64,000 nucleotides of DNA, from the NCBI GenBank assembly GCA_013239625.1, contig MU053431.1, positions 124,001-188,000 of the forward strand, read 5' to 3'. Below, in pieces: positions 48,172 to 61,859 of the stretch; position 1 is the stretch's first letter; each line of letters begins with the position of its first letter. The DNA comes from Lama guanicoe. Its lineage: Eukaryota. The notes beneath the pieces were generated by a model. It did not search any database. It saw nothing but the letters and a program-made list of their open reading frames with translations, and had not been told where the DNA came from. A program made the translations under genes and the position numbers.

Positions 48172-49489
48172 TAGTTGCCAGGACGTGGCAAATTCAAGCT
48201 TTGCTTTTTGGAACTTTCTGGAATGACTGTTTTTTTCCCCAAATATTTTCAATCCACTATTGGTTGAGTCCTCAGCTGTGGAACTACAGATATGGAGGGA
48301 CAGTACTTTGTGTATGCCAGGCAGGTGCTGGGCGTTCCGGTGCAAAAATAAATGGAAGCAGTGGTTTCGCTCTGGTGTTGCTAATGGCCCGCAATCCTTG
48401 GGGGCCAGTCAGAGCTTCTTGGGCTTAGCTACACGGTCCAATCGGAGCAGGGGATTCCTGGGTCTGCCCCTAGAGTCTGCTGAACTGTTTTGGGTGTAGC
48501 CTGGCAGTGGGGAGTTTTCAGAGCTCCCCAGGTGTGTGGCCAAGCTTAAGGACCCCTGGGCTAATGTACCAAGATGCAACGATGCTGTGTGGAAACATGT
48601 GAGTCCACTAGCCCCTGGCTGTAAGTCAGTATGTTGGCTTTGACCTGACATACTCCCAAGAGAGGGGAGGTAGAAAGGCTCATTTATAGGACCTAAGGGG
48701 CAGGTGCAGGGTGTGAGGCTGCCCAGGCCTGGTGGGTCTAAGGCAGAGGACTCTGGTGGGCAGAAGCCTAAAGATGAAAACTGGCTGAGGATTCCACGTC
48801 CCTGGGGAAGCCGAAAGGTGCCAGGGCCAGCTGAATACTGCTCTGTGAACGGAAGGCCTGCAGGTACAGGGGGCCTATGCTGGACATACAGACTGGGAAC
48901 CCACAGGACCGGGGGTCAGAGACCAGGACGGGCATTTTTGCCTTTGGAAAAGATGTGTCAAATACGCCATTATCATTCCTCTTTGGACTTTGGCTTTTCC
49001 TACTGAGCTCTAGAACCGCGGCATGCATCAGCTCTTAGACCATCTCTTAGAATCTTCTGAGACACAAGCAGCTCTGGTGGGATGAGTGGTTACCAGAAAC
49101 TGAGTGTTACCTTTTTTGTACACTTCTCCCGTGAGCCAGCTGCCTTTACCTGATCTGGGTGAAGGCCACCGACTCTGAGAGAGAGAAAAACATGTGAGCG
49201 ATTTTCTCAGTGTTATTTCCTGCTACACATCATCATTACCACTGTCAGTCATGATCAACAGAGTAACAGTGTCGGCATTTCCAGAGCTCTTCCTGGCGGT
49301 CTGTGTCCCAGCACGCGGTGTGCAGATGGGGCTTGTCGTCTCTGTAATCCGCATAGTGCCCCTGCAGGGAGGGTGCCTCTGTCTCTGGGTGACAGACGAG
49401 GAAACAAGGCAGGAGGAGCTGAAGAACGTACCCCTGTTCTCGAAGTTGGTCGTCAGGGTCTGGGATTTTATTCTACCCACAGGGATGTT

Positions 49490-49850
49490 TCATAGATGCT
49501 GGGAAGCCAGGAGACTCCCGGGTCAGAGACAGAGGGCTTTATGACTCACAGCATGGCCAGCAGCACGGACGTCCAGTACAGCGGGTTTCCCGCCCCACCC
49601 CAAGTCTGAAGGGGGCTTCCCGGGGGCGCCCAAATGGTTGATGCTTACTGGGTGAGGAACACTGAACTTGGGGAATCCGTGTTTGTCTAGTAAGTGGTGA
49701 GCAAGCCTGCTCTTTGTTTCAGAAGGGTAGATGCCTCATCACTTGAGGTTGTTTGCTACAGCAAACCCTGAGAAATGGTCCGAGTAGAGAGAGTCCAAGC
49801 CTGCATTCTTGGTGTTCCCAGCAAGGCCTTGGGAAGAGTGTTTCTCCAGG
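49490..49850 (-). mobile_element. ERVL LTR (MER54/73/74-like)
   Basis: ggagactcccgggtcagagacagagggctttatgactcacagca...gaggaacactgaacttgggga...gcaagcctgctctttg...aaccctgagaaatgg. Confidence 0.6.
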
Positions 49851-50852
49851 CACCAGTGAGGGTGGAAGCAACCCAGACGCCAGAACCTCGGCCATCGGCC
49901 ATCATTCTGCATGTGGCACCAGAAGTGGGAAGGAACTGACCAACATTGAGTGGCAGGGACACTCAGTCCCATCCGAATTCGGTGAGACTGTGCATTTTCA
50001 CTCAGCTCTCAAAACTGGTACAGTCCGTGCAGAGCGATTTTGAAATGACTGCTCCTGTGTAGTGAAACGCGCTTTCCATGACTGCATGTGGGATTGGGAC
50101 GATACTTAGGACACTTTGTCCACCGCCGTGATGATAGCCCTTCTCGCCACGCTGAAGAAGGACTTGTGTCATGGTGCTGGCGCGTCCCCGGCTTCTCCTG
50201 ATGCTCCCCTCTCTGGCCCGGAAACTCACACCTCAGCCAAGGCCGCCACCGACCCGGCTCCGGTGTTCGTAGCTGTCCCTCCCCCCTCAGTCCTGGAGGG
50301 GTTCACCGTCTCCCTGCGCTCTCGCACACAGCTCTGAGGATGTTCTGGGTGATTTCTGTATCTTTTGGACGATCTTTCCAAGATCCTGCGCCCCCAGCTC
50401 TTTGACCTCCTCTCCTCCAAAGATCTTGCGCTTCTCTCTCCCACAGCTACTCAGTTCCATTGGTCAGACTCCGGTCTGTTCGTTTTCAACCTTGGGGAGC
50501 TTTAGGAAATTCCCACGGGCAGACTGTGTCCCCAGAACTTTTATGTCACAGTTTGTACAGATGGGGCTGCGGCAGTAGGGTTAGGGTCATATCCCGCGCT
50601 TCTGATTGTCCACTGGCTCTTTTCTCACCCAGCTGGTCACGGGAAAGGGTGAGGAAGGACCTCATAAGCCGTGCCGAGCTGCCAGTACTTGCGGCTGGAG
50701 AATCGCAGATCTGGGGGAGGTTGCGGGGAGCAAGGACAATAACAAAAGGGTGCTTAGTTCCAGCCCCGTCTCTCCCATGCTGGAGCACGTGCCTTCTTTC
50801 ATGTCACTTTACTGTCACCAGGGAAAGGCTCCCGGGCTAGAGCCGTGGTGCA

Positions 50853-50888
50853 GTGGGCTCCGTGGGCTCCGTGGGCTCTGTGGGCTCC
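50853..50888. repeat. 9-bp tandem repeat (gtgggctcc) x4
   Basis: Directly visible; one C>T variant in unit 3. Confidence 0.95.
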
Positions 50889-53800
50889 ATGTACCCTGAA
50901 GGAGGGATGGCTGCAGGGGAGAGAGGCTAGCATGGAGAGTAAATGGAATTTCAGTGAGTCCATTCTGGCCGAGGAAAAACAGTACCGAGAAATGCAGGGA
51001 GTGGCTGGAATAGCCAAAAGCCGGCAATGACCTCACGCTGTTGTTATCTTGTGCCCTGACCCTGTGCTGGCCTGTGAGGAGGGAGGGAGCTGATGCACAG
51101 GCGTCCCTGCTTTTAAAGGGCTTCTGGTCTGGACAACTTGCCAGAAATGCCCAAGAGGGTCCCGAACTGGCAGATGTCAGCCTTGCAACAAAGAATTTGG
51201 CCCAAGATGAAGGTCCGTCCTGTCGCACAAAGGAACTCACTGGTGCCAGATAATGCATTGGATGCCATATCCAGCTCTTTGTATGTTTAGTTCAGTCAGA
51301 CTTACCTGTGGCTTTCTGGGGTCTGATTTCCTTTGCATCTAGCAGTAAGCCAGGGGGTCAGACGACTGACTGACTGTTTCATTCATTAACACGTATTAAT
51401 TGAGCACCTTTTATATACTAGGCACTGGGCTAGCTGTTGAGGGTGGCAGCCCAGACCAGCCTCTGAAGTGCGGTGAACTCAGCTATACCGAGAGTTTCCC
51501 AGCAGCAAGTCTCCAAAACGGCCCTTCTGATGCCATGTCTCATTGTCCTTCTTCACAAGGGTCCCTGCAGGGCTCCCTCTGCAGCTGCCCCTCCCCCACC
51601 CCGTGGCGTGTTGCCTGCCTGAGGGTGGGGGAGATTGGTGACAGGAGGTATTAAGAGGATCAGGGATGTCCATTCAGAGCAACCGAATTACGTAGGCTTT
51701 GAGCAGTGATGTTTCCACTGTTCCATTTGATGGTGACAGATATGAATGATCGTTAAATCCATTTTGGTGGAATAATCGCGCACAACTGGATAAAGAACGT
51801 GGCTTAAAATAATAGCTTCCGCGGTGGGGCTGCCCAGCGTTATTTAAAACCTCCGTGTTATGTGGAGGAGGAGGAAGAGAGAGCCGATTGCTGGCCGAGC
51901 TCACTCCTGGATGGTCCAGTCTTTTGTGTCTGTTTTTAAGCCCTTCAAAAGTGCGCTGCTTCCCTGGAGGGAAAATGTATTTCCATAGCTCCCCAGCGCT
52001 CCACCAGAGCGGAGGTCGGCTGGAGATGAACCTCCCCAAGCCGGGGGTGGCGGTCATGCGCACTGCAGCCAAGTCCAGTTACACTGAAAGCCCACGCCAG
52101 ACTTCCCTGCCCCTGCAGTTCCCGGAGTGTGAAGAGAGAAGCAACACACAGGCCAAAAAAAGGAAAAAGTTGCAGCACCTTAACGGTGAGCCTGTGAGAG
52201 CAGCCGGCCACTGTCCCTGTCCCTCCTCCTCGTGGGGCGGGGCGGGCGTCTCTGTGCGGCTCTCCCAGCCCCTCCCCGCCTTCTCTCATTAAAAGGTGCT
52301 GCTAAGTGTCGCCCTGCCTGTCTCCTTGGTTCCCCTCACCTCGAGATGCATTTTGGAAGAAATGGCCTGGAGAGTCACCAGGTTCCTCACCTTCTTTTTT
52401 TTTTCAGTCATTAACTTTATTGAGTTCCCCTCCAAAATGAACAGTCAGGGGCATTTGTTCCAGATAAAAATTGCAGCCCCCCCAAAAAAGGGGAGTTGAA
52501 ATAAATAACATGCCTTGCTTGATAAATGCATTTGCAGCCGCAGCAGACTCCCACCTAAGGAGATGTGATTACGCATCTGACCTGGCGAAACCAATGCCAC
52601 GGTTTTCACAGAGAAATGAATAGGCTAAGCGGGGTCTGGGGAGGGTTATTTCCATTTATTTGTCCCATAAAAGTTAATCAAAGTGAGGCAGAGATGGGGA
52701 GCGCCAGGGTTATTCTGATAGCGTTAAAAAAATTAAACTCCCCTTAGCCCTTTGCAATCTAGTCACATCTCTCTCTTCCTCTTCCTCCCTCGCTGTTGAA
52801 ACTATGCCCACATGTGTGTTTTCTCTTTGAAACATTATTTCACCCTTTAATTTGTGAAAAAGGAGCCGCATGATTTGTTAGAGGAAGTGACTGCAAGGGA
52901 ATAGCCAACGTCTTCCTCGCATCCTCAACTTCCGTCCTCGGGGGCGGAGATGGACACGTGATACATTTTACTTGGACCACATGTGGGAGGGGATGTGGCC
53001 CCTGTGGCTTCAATTGGTGTGGGTTTGCCTGGTGGGCATCTCCAGGATGGTTAAGAGCGTCTACACGGGTGTTCCTGGGACATTGAAGGGATGGGTCAGA
53101 CGTCCTGAATCAGCCTGCTCTTCCTGCCCTGACAGATCACAGGGCTGTGACAGTGCTGTCCTCCGTCCTACCTACCATGCACAAGGCCCAGCGGTAGCCT
53201 GTGCCACTCAGGGGTCAATGGCCATATAGAGCCCCCTCTGCCGGTTGAGGCAGGAAGGGGTTCAGGTCTGGAACTCAGGTGCTCCGTGGTTGTTATTAGA
53301 AGAGCTGGAGTGGGGCTCTGCCTGGGCCCTGGGTCGCCTCCCTCAGCACAGCACAGCGGGTCTGCCCAGGCCAGCACTGACCGCCGAGGCCCAGGGGACT
53401 AGGAAGTTTGGACTGGGAGGCCACCACTGGACATGGGGCCTGTGGAAACCCTTCCTTGGTTGTAATCCAGGAAGAGGAATTGCTTGTCACTGCCTCTGTG
53501 GCCACTGCACAGCCACGCCTCAGTGCCCCTCACAGGTTTCTGGAGGCTAGACAGCAGCTGAATGGAAACCAGTGTCTCCCTGACCTGCTGCCAGTGAAGA
53601 ATGAACACAGCCACAGTGACAGGGAGGACTGTGCCCACCTTCCTCGCCTTGCCCGCAGCCGGGACCCTTCTGCGTCCAGACCCACCTGCAAGGGCTCTCA
53701 TGTGGGACTTTCTACACACGCAGTCACCACAGTAGCAGGAGGTCCAACGGGGACTTCCCAGATGCTGGAGCCAGTCCACCGTCTCTTCCCCGCACGGTAC

Positions 53801-54044
53801 CCTGGTTCTGGGGCAGGTCGTCCCCCCCTCGCCCCTCCTTCCTCCCCGCGCCCCTGCGCATGAGTCCTGGGTCCCAAGTGCATCAGCAGTGGCAGTGTTT
53901 TCCCAACCTCAGCCATTTCCTTCATTCCTCTGGCGTTTTGGTCAAATTCACTTGTGATCATGCACCACCTTCATGATTTTGCCATCTCTAAATATCACCT
54001 TAATTATTATTCACTTATTGTCTCCTCTTAGTTGACTTTAAAAA

Positions 54045-54480
54045 AAACAGACATAAAATAAATTGTTAGAGCAGTTTTAGGTTCACAGTAAAATTTAGAG
54101 GAAGGCACAGAGACTTTCCATAGACCCTGTGCCCTTACAGCCTCCGGTATCATCTGCAGCCCCGCCAGAGGGTTTGTTACAGCAGGTGCACCTGCCTTGA
54201 CACGTCGTCATCGCCCCAAGCCCATCGTCTACCTTAGGGCTCACTCTTGGTTTTGTGCATTCTGTGGGTCTGGACAAATGTATAATGATGTGTATCTATC
54301 ATTACTTTCACTGCCCTAAAAATCCTCTGTGTTCACCTGTCTCTCCCTTCCCCCAAACCCCGGCAACAAATGATCTTTTTACCATCTCCACAGTCTTGCC
54401 TTCTCCAGAGTGTCTTACATTTGGAATCAGACTGGCTTCTTTCACTTAGAAATATACATTTAAGTTTCCTTAATGACTTT
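54045..54480 (-). mobile_element. L1MC1-like 3' end
   Basis: ttagagcagttttaggttcacagtaaaatt...ttagggctcactcttgg...tttcactgccctaaaaatcctctgtg...gactggcttctttcacttag. Confidence 0.85.
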
Positions 54481-54854
54481 TAGATGGAAGTAAATTTATT
54501 TTTAAAGGAACTAGTACCATAGGTGAAAAACTAGTATCATTTGTATTGACAGGTGATAACAGAAACAGTGACTGCAATGAAAAGCGAGTACGTTTAAGCT
54601 CGATGCCGTTAGTTATCAAAGAGGCTGAGCCCAAGACCTGTTTCCTTTATTGAAAGGTAAATAAGATAAATGAGTAAAATGAGGTGTCAAAGATGTGCTA
54701 TCGTGGAGCTGAGACATTCTCCTGAAGACCTGAAAGATAGTTGTAAAGGAGCAGCACACACCGCTGGGCATGTCACCTAATACGATGCCGCCACAGTAGT
54801 GGCAGTGAGTGCACACTTTTAATTATTTTCTCATCTAATTTTACTCTGGAATAC

Positions 54855-54975
54855 ACATTCTCATCCCCAGTTTAAAGATGAGGAAATTGAGGCTCAGAGA
54901 GGTTAAATACTGTGCCAAATTAAGAAGGTGGCGGAGCTGGGCTCTGAATCCCACATTACGGACCTCAGATCTCAG
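54855..54975 (-). mobile_element. MIR SINE
   Basis: agatgaggaaattgaggctcagagaggttaa. Confidence 0.8.
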
Positions 54976-57900
54976 GCCTGTGGCCCTGTGTGCTGTCTGG
55001 ATGGGAGGGGGTGGTTTTGTGTGAAGGCTCCCAGCTCCCTGCATTACACTCTTGCTTGGGGATGTATTGCCTTTACCTCCCCAGCGTTTTGATCAAGAGA
55101 GAGGCATTCTCTCTGCTGCTCTCAGTCCTGGAGCTCTCAGAGCCAGCTGCCTCCAGGGCCAGCTGCCCGTTCCTGCCCACCGTGGGGTTGGCGCTCCACC
55201 CTAGTGGACAAACGGCTGTGTGAATGGAGCCTGCACTGCCGGGGCTGGCTGGTCTCACTGGGAAGTGCTCCTCCCTTCATAAGCGTTTCCCTTTCTGAGA
55301 TGTCTCTGACAGGGAATCATAAAGTGACGTACGGTGACCTTTCTCCGCAAAGCGGGGCTCCCCAGCCTGGGGGGTGCCTGTCTCCCTTAATGCACGGCAC
55401 CTGGGCAGTTTAGGCCCCAGACCAAAAGTTAGTTTCTCAGCGAGGCTCTCCTGCAGCCCCGAGGTCCCTTTTTCATTACTCAAGGGTGACGGATACAAAG
55501 GGATGAATCGAGCGCTTGCCCTGGGAGTTGGGCTGTCTTCTCACCAGTAACCTGGGGCGGTGACCGGCTGTGCTCTCCGGAAGGAGAAGAGCTGCGAGTC
55601 TGTCACCTGTGAGCATCTGGCAGGGGTTATTATGCACGCAAATTTTATGCATGAAATTCAAACTTGGAAGGAGGTGCCGCCCAGCTTTTACGACCTGTGG
55701 ATAAGTTATGTGCTGAGTCATGCATCTGACTGATGTATGGCAGATCTGTGAGCGTCCGTCTGGGTTTTCTGGGATGGCTGTGTCTGCGGTTCTGAGCAGG
55801 AAGATTGATGCCGCTCCAGGTCCTTGTTCCGAATCCCTCCTTCCTTCCCTTCTTCCCTCCCTTCTTCTTTCACTCCACAAATATTATTAGCACGGCTACT
55901 GTACGCCAGGCACTAGGCCATGCGTGAAGGCCACAACAGCCCTCACGTCCGCTTCCATCAGGCAGCGTGGCAGGTGGCTGAGTGTGGACCTGGAGTGCAG
56001 GCTGTCCGAGTCCAGGCCCTGCCTCCAGGCGTCCTACCTGTGCAAACCTGGGTGGGCTTCCTGGCTCCACCCTGCCCCATCTGGGAGCAGAGCTGACAGC
56101 GGTGCTTACTTTTCAGGCTGTGGCTGTGATGACTGGGCATGTGTGTGTTTCAGAAGAGCACGCATAACACAGGGCGATGGGGAGTGGGGCACGCTGGGGT
56201 CTGTTTCCTCGCCCTCGTGGAGCTGTGTGGGAGGGGAAGAGGAAACAGGACCCACGTGGAGAAATGACTGGTGGGGGACAGGGTATCTAAATGAACTGAC
56301 TCTCTGACCTGAGAAGCAATGGAGACCAAAGTCAAATGGGCTGTGTCACGATCCTTTGTGATCGGTCTGTTTCTCTCGGTTCCGTAGCCAGGGGTGGACC
56401 ATAGGGTGGCAGGATCCACCACCCATAGGACGGAGTTGGCAAGGACCTGGCAGGTGGCTGAGCTGGAGGAGGGTTCTAGTCCCCATGGAGACTGGAGAGC
56501 TAACCAGAGATGCCTTAATTACCTAAACAGCAGGAGGCAGGGGTGATTAAACTGGTGAGGACCAGAGCCCGGTGACACCACCTCTCCAGGTACAGCCTCT
56601 CGCCTCTCGGTAGCTGGCAGAGCAAGACAAGAGCTTGGTCCCATCACCAGCTGGACTGAGCTGTCTGATTGACCCCCTGCCCTTTCCTTCAGGTCAAAGG
56701 GCATCTTGCTGGTGAGGGATTTTCTGGGCACCTGATCTTCTGTTGCTTGCCCCACACCCGGTGTCTCTTCCTTGCCACGCTTCCCTCTTAGCTGTTACCG
56801 CCATCAAGCACACCAGAGATGGTAATTCTTATTGTCCACTGTGTGGTTTACCTTGTTAGGTCTGGCCGGAGACCTACCCGTCCGGTTCCCAGGGTTGGCA
56901 CATCGTAAGCTCTGGATGAGTTACTCTTAGACGGCTGGGTGGGTGGATGATGAACCGATGCCTTGATCAGGTTGGTTTGCACAGCAGGCTTACGGCTTCT
57001 GTACAGAGGGACATCGCTGGATCCAGTGGGGCAGCAGACGAACGGGTGTCTCCTGTTCAGTCTCTCTGGATTTCCCCACAGCAGGTTTTCTTCACCTGTA
57101 AGCAGAGTTAATGTACTATAGAGTTAATTGTAAACCCTGTAGTGCATTGAAGCAGGAACAGAATTACTTTCTCTAAAGCTGACCTCAGAGTTATCCCCTT
57201 TTCCATCTTTTTCTCAGGGAACCATGGGCAGGAATGTGAAGATTCTTTTTTTTAAGTGTCCATTTTACAAAAGAAGTGACTCCACAAACTCCTCTCTGTT
57301 CTAAGTTAGACAGAGAACATGTTAGTCACTTAGGGCCTTCTCTGTTCATTCCTGTCCACGTAGGTACTTATTCCCGTGTTTAATCATGAATTCAATCCAC
57401 ACGCACTTACCTAACACCCACTGAGCTCTGGGTGAGATGTGTGATAGGGAAGCCGTGTTCTTAGACCAAATGTTTTGAAGGTCAAGGAGGGCAGCGGTGA
57501 GAACACAGGCGTTGTCTGTAGACGTCGGGGAGTTGCCGGCGTCTTCCTGCGGGCACAGCGGGAGTCTACTGAGAGAGGGAGCGAAGATGTAAAGCGGGAT
57601 GGATGTGTGAACAGGAACAACTGAGGTGGGGAGTGGATGCTGCGTGTTTGAGAAGTTTGGAGGTGAAGAGGAGAAATCAAGAGCAGTGTTGTGTGGAAAG
57701 AGCCAGGTCTGAAGTTTGGGGTTGGTGTGAATATATTTTTAGTGGATGGAAAGTGGTCAGTGGAGAGAAAAGTTGACCATACAGGGAAGCGGTGAGCCCA
57801 CTCAGGGTCTTCCGTGCTTACAGGTCCTGCAGGAAGGGCTGGCAGTGAAGTAAGTGTAGCTGTGAGGACCTTGGAGGACCCATCTTTGGCATCAGTTTAA

Positions 57901-58349
57901 CTCAGGGAGGAGCCCCAAGCCGCTGCCCAGGGCTCCTGGATAGCCTCCTTGTAAGATGTGGGGTGTGGTGGGGTTGGGGGGTGGGGATGATTTTCTTAGG
58001 GACTCCTCCTTGGTGTCATGGAGAAGTTTGCAGCCATCAACACGCCCTCCAATGGAGACAGCATCTATGTGCATGCCCTGAAAAGTCACTTGTCAGACGT
58101 GCATGGGTGCCTGAAATACGCCAGAAAGGGAGACCTTCACTCAAACAGCGAGGTAAAAAGATGTGTAACCCACGTTAGTGGCAATGAGAAGGGAAGGCAA
58201 ACATCCATTTCACCGCCAGCCCTCTGGGGCGCGGCCTCTGGAGTTAAGCTGCCGTCACCTCCCGGTTCCTGGGACGCACCAGCCCTTCCGCCCGCCGGGA
58301 CAGGCTCTCCGCTCCCTGCGTCTCCGCGGCTGTAGGCGCGATTGCTCTC

Positions 58350-58800
58350 TTAAATCATTGCCATTCTGATGAGTGTAGAGTGGTAGCTCATTGTGACTTT
58401 AATTTCCATTTCCTGATGACTAGTGAGTTTGAGAATCTTTTTCATGTTGTCTGTTTGGATGTGCCCTCAAGAAACACCTACTCACATCCTTTTGTTCATT
58501 TCCAAACTACTGGGCTGTTTCCTTCTTGTCATTGTTGTAAGACGCCTGTGTCTGGTAGAGCTGTAAACTCATTGCCTATTATCTGTGTTACAAATATTCA
58601 TTTTTTTTACAAGTCCTTCATTTATCTATTGACGTTGTTCGTAGAGACTTTTGCCATATAAAGTGTTTTCAGTTTTTGTGTAGCCAGGTGTAACTCTCTT
58701 TTCTCTTTTTTTTTCCCAACGACACTTGAGTCCTCAGTCTTCGTGAGGGCTGTTTTCCCTGACTCTGGACTCTGGATGGACTTCTTGAGATTTTTTTCTC
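58350..58800 (-). mobile_element. Old L1M ORF2 fragment
   Basis: ttgccattctgatgagtgtagagtggtagctcattgtgactttaatttccatttcctgatgactagtgag. Confidence 0.75.
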
Positions 58801-61800
58801 CGAGAACAGCCACGCCTCTGCACACACACACACATACACCTGGTAGAGCCTTGTCTTTTCTGAAACTTTAATTAAATTTGAAGTAGGAGAAATATGAACA
58901 GACAGGAACTTGTTACTTCAATATTGTTTTATAATCCTGTATCAAGATCCTCCTGAGATGCGCTGGAAGACGTGTGCTCTGTCAGGACCCGGGCCGAGCG
59001 TGGGTCTGGCAGGATCGCAGTGGCTGCTCTTGCCCTCGGCACCAGCCCCTCTCTGGGCAGTGGCTCCGCAGCTTCTCTGGGGGAGTCAGTGCCTGCTGGC
59101 CACGGGGGATGCGGAGCCAGACCCATGGCTGCCCGGCCTCCAGGAGAAGGACAAGCCAGGCCCGCAGACGCGCTCCCCTGAGATTAGTGGAGACACGGAG
59201 GGAGGGAGGGGGGCCGCGCGGCTGCGCGGCCGGCTGAGTTCCCAGGCTCAGGCCATTCCTTCTCACCCACCATGTGGCCATTTCCCAGAAGCAGCCTGGC
59301 AGTCTGGGCCTCGGGCACCCTCCATTCGCACTCTCGGACCATCTCCTGTACCGGCTGTCTCTGCGGCTCTGTCGGTCGCCAGCACTGGGGGTGCATTCTT
59401 GTTTAACCCCGTCAGCTCATCTGGCTGGGACTTGGGCTGCTAGCTGACCCGAACCAGGTACCTGGTTCCTGATGTTCAGCCAGAGTGCTGCGGTGTCTCT
59501 CAGGGAGCTGGGTGGACACTGGCTAAAGAGCTCTTTTGCTGTGATTGGGGAAGACTCATTTCCTTGGGGGTTTGGAAGGGGGGATCACGGCATTGCTGGG
59601 AGTGACTGTGGTGCTTTGATTGAAGGGTCTGAGCCCCATGGCCCCAGGGGACACTTTTCCAGAAGGTGATGAGGAAGTGTGTGCTCAGGGAGCCGGAGGA
59701 GCCCAGTCTCTGCATTTTGGTGTTGGCTTTTCACATTCAAAGCTGTTTACAAGGCAAGTTCAGTCCAAATATTATATTACCTGATGCTTTATGGATACAG
59801 TGCTGAGCTGTTTGTCTTAGTTTTCCCAAATTCAGTGAAGTTGTTCTAGTCTAAGTGGCAGGAAAAAGCGATTGGAAGAGGTCTGAATTCCTGAAAAGCG
59901 GGATTTTGGTGATTTTTGTAGGCTGATTGAAGGCATTTTGCCCTCCCCACCCAGCCCACTAGAGTCTAAAGGAAATACACCCTCTGCAGGGGGTGGTTAC
60001 TTCTGTCTCCTCTGTGGCCTGAGCCTTGGGAGCATTCTTGTAGACAATTCATTTGTTTACACATTTATTCATTTAAAAATGTTGATTTCACTCCTCTTAC
60101 ATAGATTCCATGTTGAAAAAAAAACTAGAGGTCGTCCCTGACTGTCTTCAAGTAGCTGCAATCTTGCAGAGAAGACAGATAACAATTTTTTAAATTGTGC
60201 AAATATATGGTGAATGAATGAGCACCAGGCAGGTGCAGGGCCTGGTGCTATCAAAGCAAATGATGGGAGGATTTGAGCTCATCTTGGGGAAGGAGAGATC
60301 AGAGAAGCCTTCGTGACGATTGCTCTGAGAGTGGAGAGAAAGGAAAAATGTTCCTTCCGGACAAAGAGGAGGGCATGAGCAAGAGCCCTATGGCAGGAGG
60401 GAGCTTAAAATTCAAGAAACTTGAGGACGGTCCTTGTGGCTTTGTGGCTGGGAGTCCCAGAGTGTGGAGGAAATAGTGAGAAAGGGAGCGGGAGAGGTGG
60501 GCAGGGCCACACCCCACTGGGCCCCGCGCCGGGCGCAGGAGTCTTGGTTCGCCTGTCCAGCTGCCCCCTCAGCTGTTGAGGATGCACTGAGGAGGCGGTG
60601 TGGACACTGATCTTTCGGCTGGGGTCTCCCAGGTCTCCCTTCCACACCCCAGCTCCGTTCACCTGACCTGGCTCTCAGGCCTCTAGCATTTCCACCCCTG
60701 GCTTATTCTGTTCTCCTCCTGATGCCTGCAGGGCACTCACACCTCTAGGGGCTTCCTGACCCACATCTCTACTGCCCCCACCCCTCATTTTGCCCACTCA
60801 CACTTCCCTGTAAGCCGCCTTCAGCCTCAATCCTCCACTGCTTCCTGAATGAAGTGAGTCAAAGGACCATCCTGGATTGGAGCCCCGTCACCATGGTGAC
60901 GGTGACTGTCTCTCTCTAAGATCTGTCTTCCCTGCAGACTGAAAGCTTCAAGAGGACAGGGCCCTGGTCTTTCCAGCTACTTCCCTGTAGGGGCCCTATG
61001 CCCACCACAGAGCTTAGCGCCTGGAGTGTGTACCAAAAATACAGGTTGGGTGATAGCAGCCCAGCTGCCTCCCTGCCTCGCCCCAAACCCTGCCAAGGGC
61101 GCCTGGGATGGAGGAGCCTGCAATTCTTGCAGACGCAGACAGACAGACTGACGAGGGGCTGGCAGACCGGGAGATGGTGAGAAACAGATTCCAGAAGCTT
61201 TCTGGCTGTCAGTACTTAACACCCAGAGCTATTTTCAAATGCTAGTCACAGACATTTTGAACTGCATTAGAATAAACAGAATTTGGAATTATCTTCTCAG
61301 CAGTACATGAAATAACTGTCTGTCACCCAAAAGGGAAGAAGAGAATGATGAATTTCTAAGGTAAAAATCCTAGAAGGGGAAAAGTCCACAGGCGGTTCTG
61401 GAATCTTCTGCACACCAGGTGGTTGTCTCTCTCTCTGCAGCCCTGACTCTGGTGCTTTCAGGGAGGGAATGCCATTGGGTCCCCCAGGCCCAGAGTGGTG
61501 AGCAGGGCTCCTGGAAATGGGACTGTATCTGCTCATGCCGGGAGCAGCGGATCAGGATAAATGGTGCTGGGTGTCCTGCAGAGCCTGGTAAATGATGCGT
61601 GAAGGCAAACCCGCACCCGGCACTGGGGTCCACCCGACGGGCCGAGGAGGCGACGTAACATACGCAGCCGCCAGCCAGGCTCAGGTCAGCTCCTGATGAC
61701 CCTTGCCTCAGGGCCTTTGTCATCACAACTTTTGTGGAGAGCTTGAAAATCACCTCAAACGTCTTTCCCTGTTATTCCCCAAGTCTCCTGTCAAAACTGG

Positions 61801-61859
61801 ACACTTGCTAAATGCAATCTGTGTGTGCAGCCCCCAGGCCTTGGTCACAGTGATCCCCC

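Larger units (their letters stand above)
45189..48305 (+). mobile_element. MER2/MER2B-type Tigger MITE, split by two later insertions
   Basis: Left part cagtcatccctc...ttggttccagga...ggatgctcaagtccctt...agtaatacctaa. Right part resumes at 47930 and again at 48172 (gttgcc...gtggcaaattcaagctttgctttttggaactt...gatatggaggg). Confidence 0.85.

Noticed and set aside
53890..54810. Possible hAT/Charlie element flanking the L1MC fragment
   Set aside because: Only a faint resemblance at the left end; I could not define matching TIRs or a TSD.
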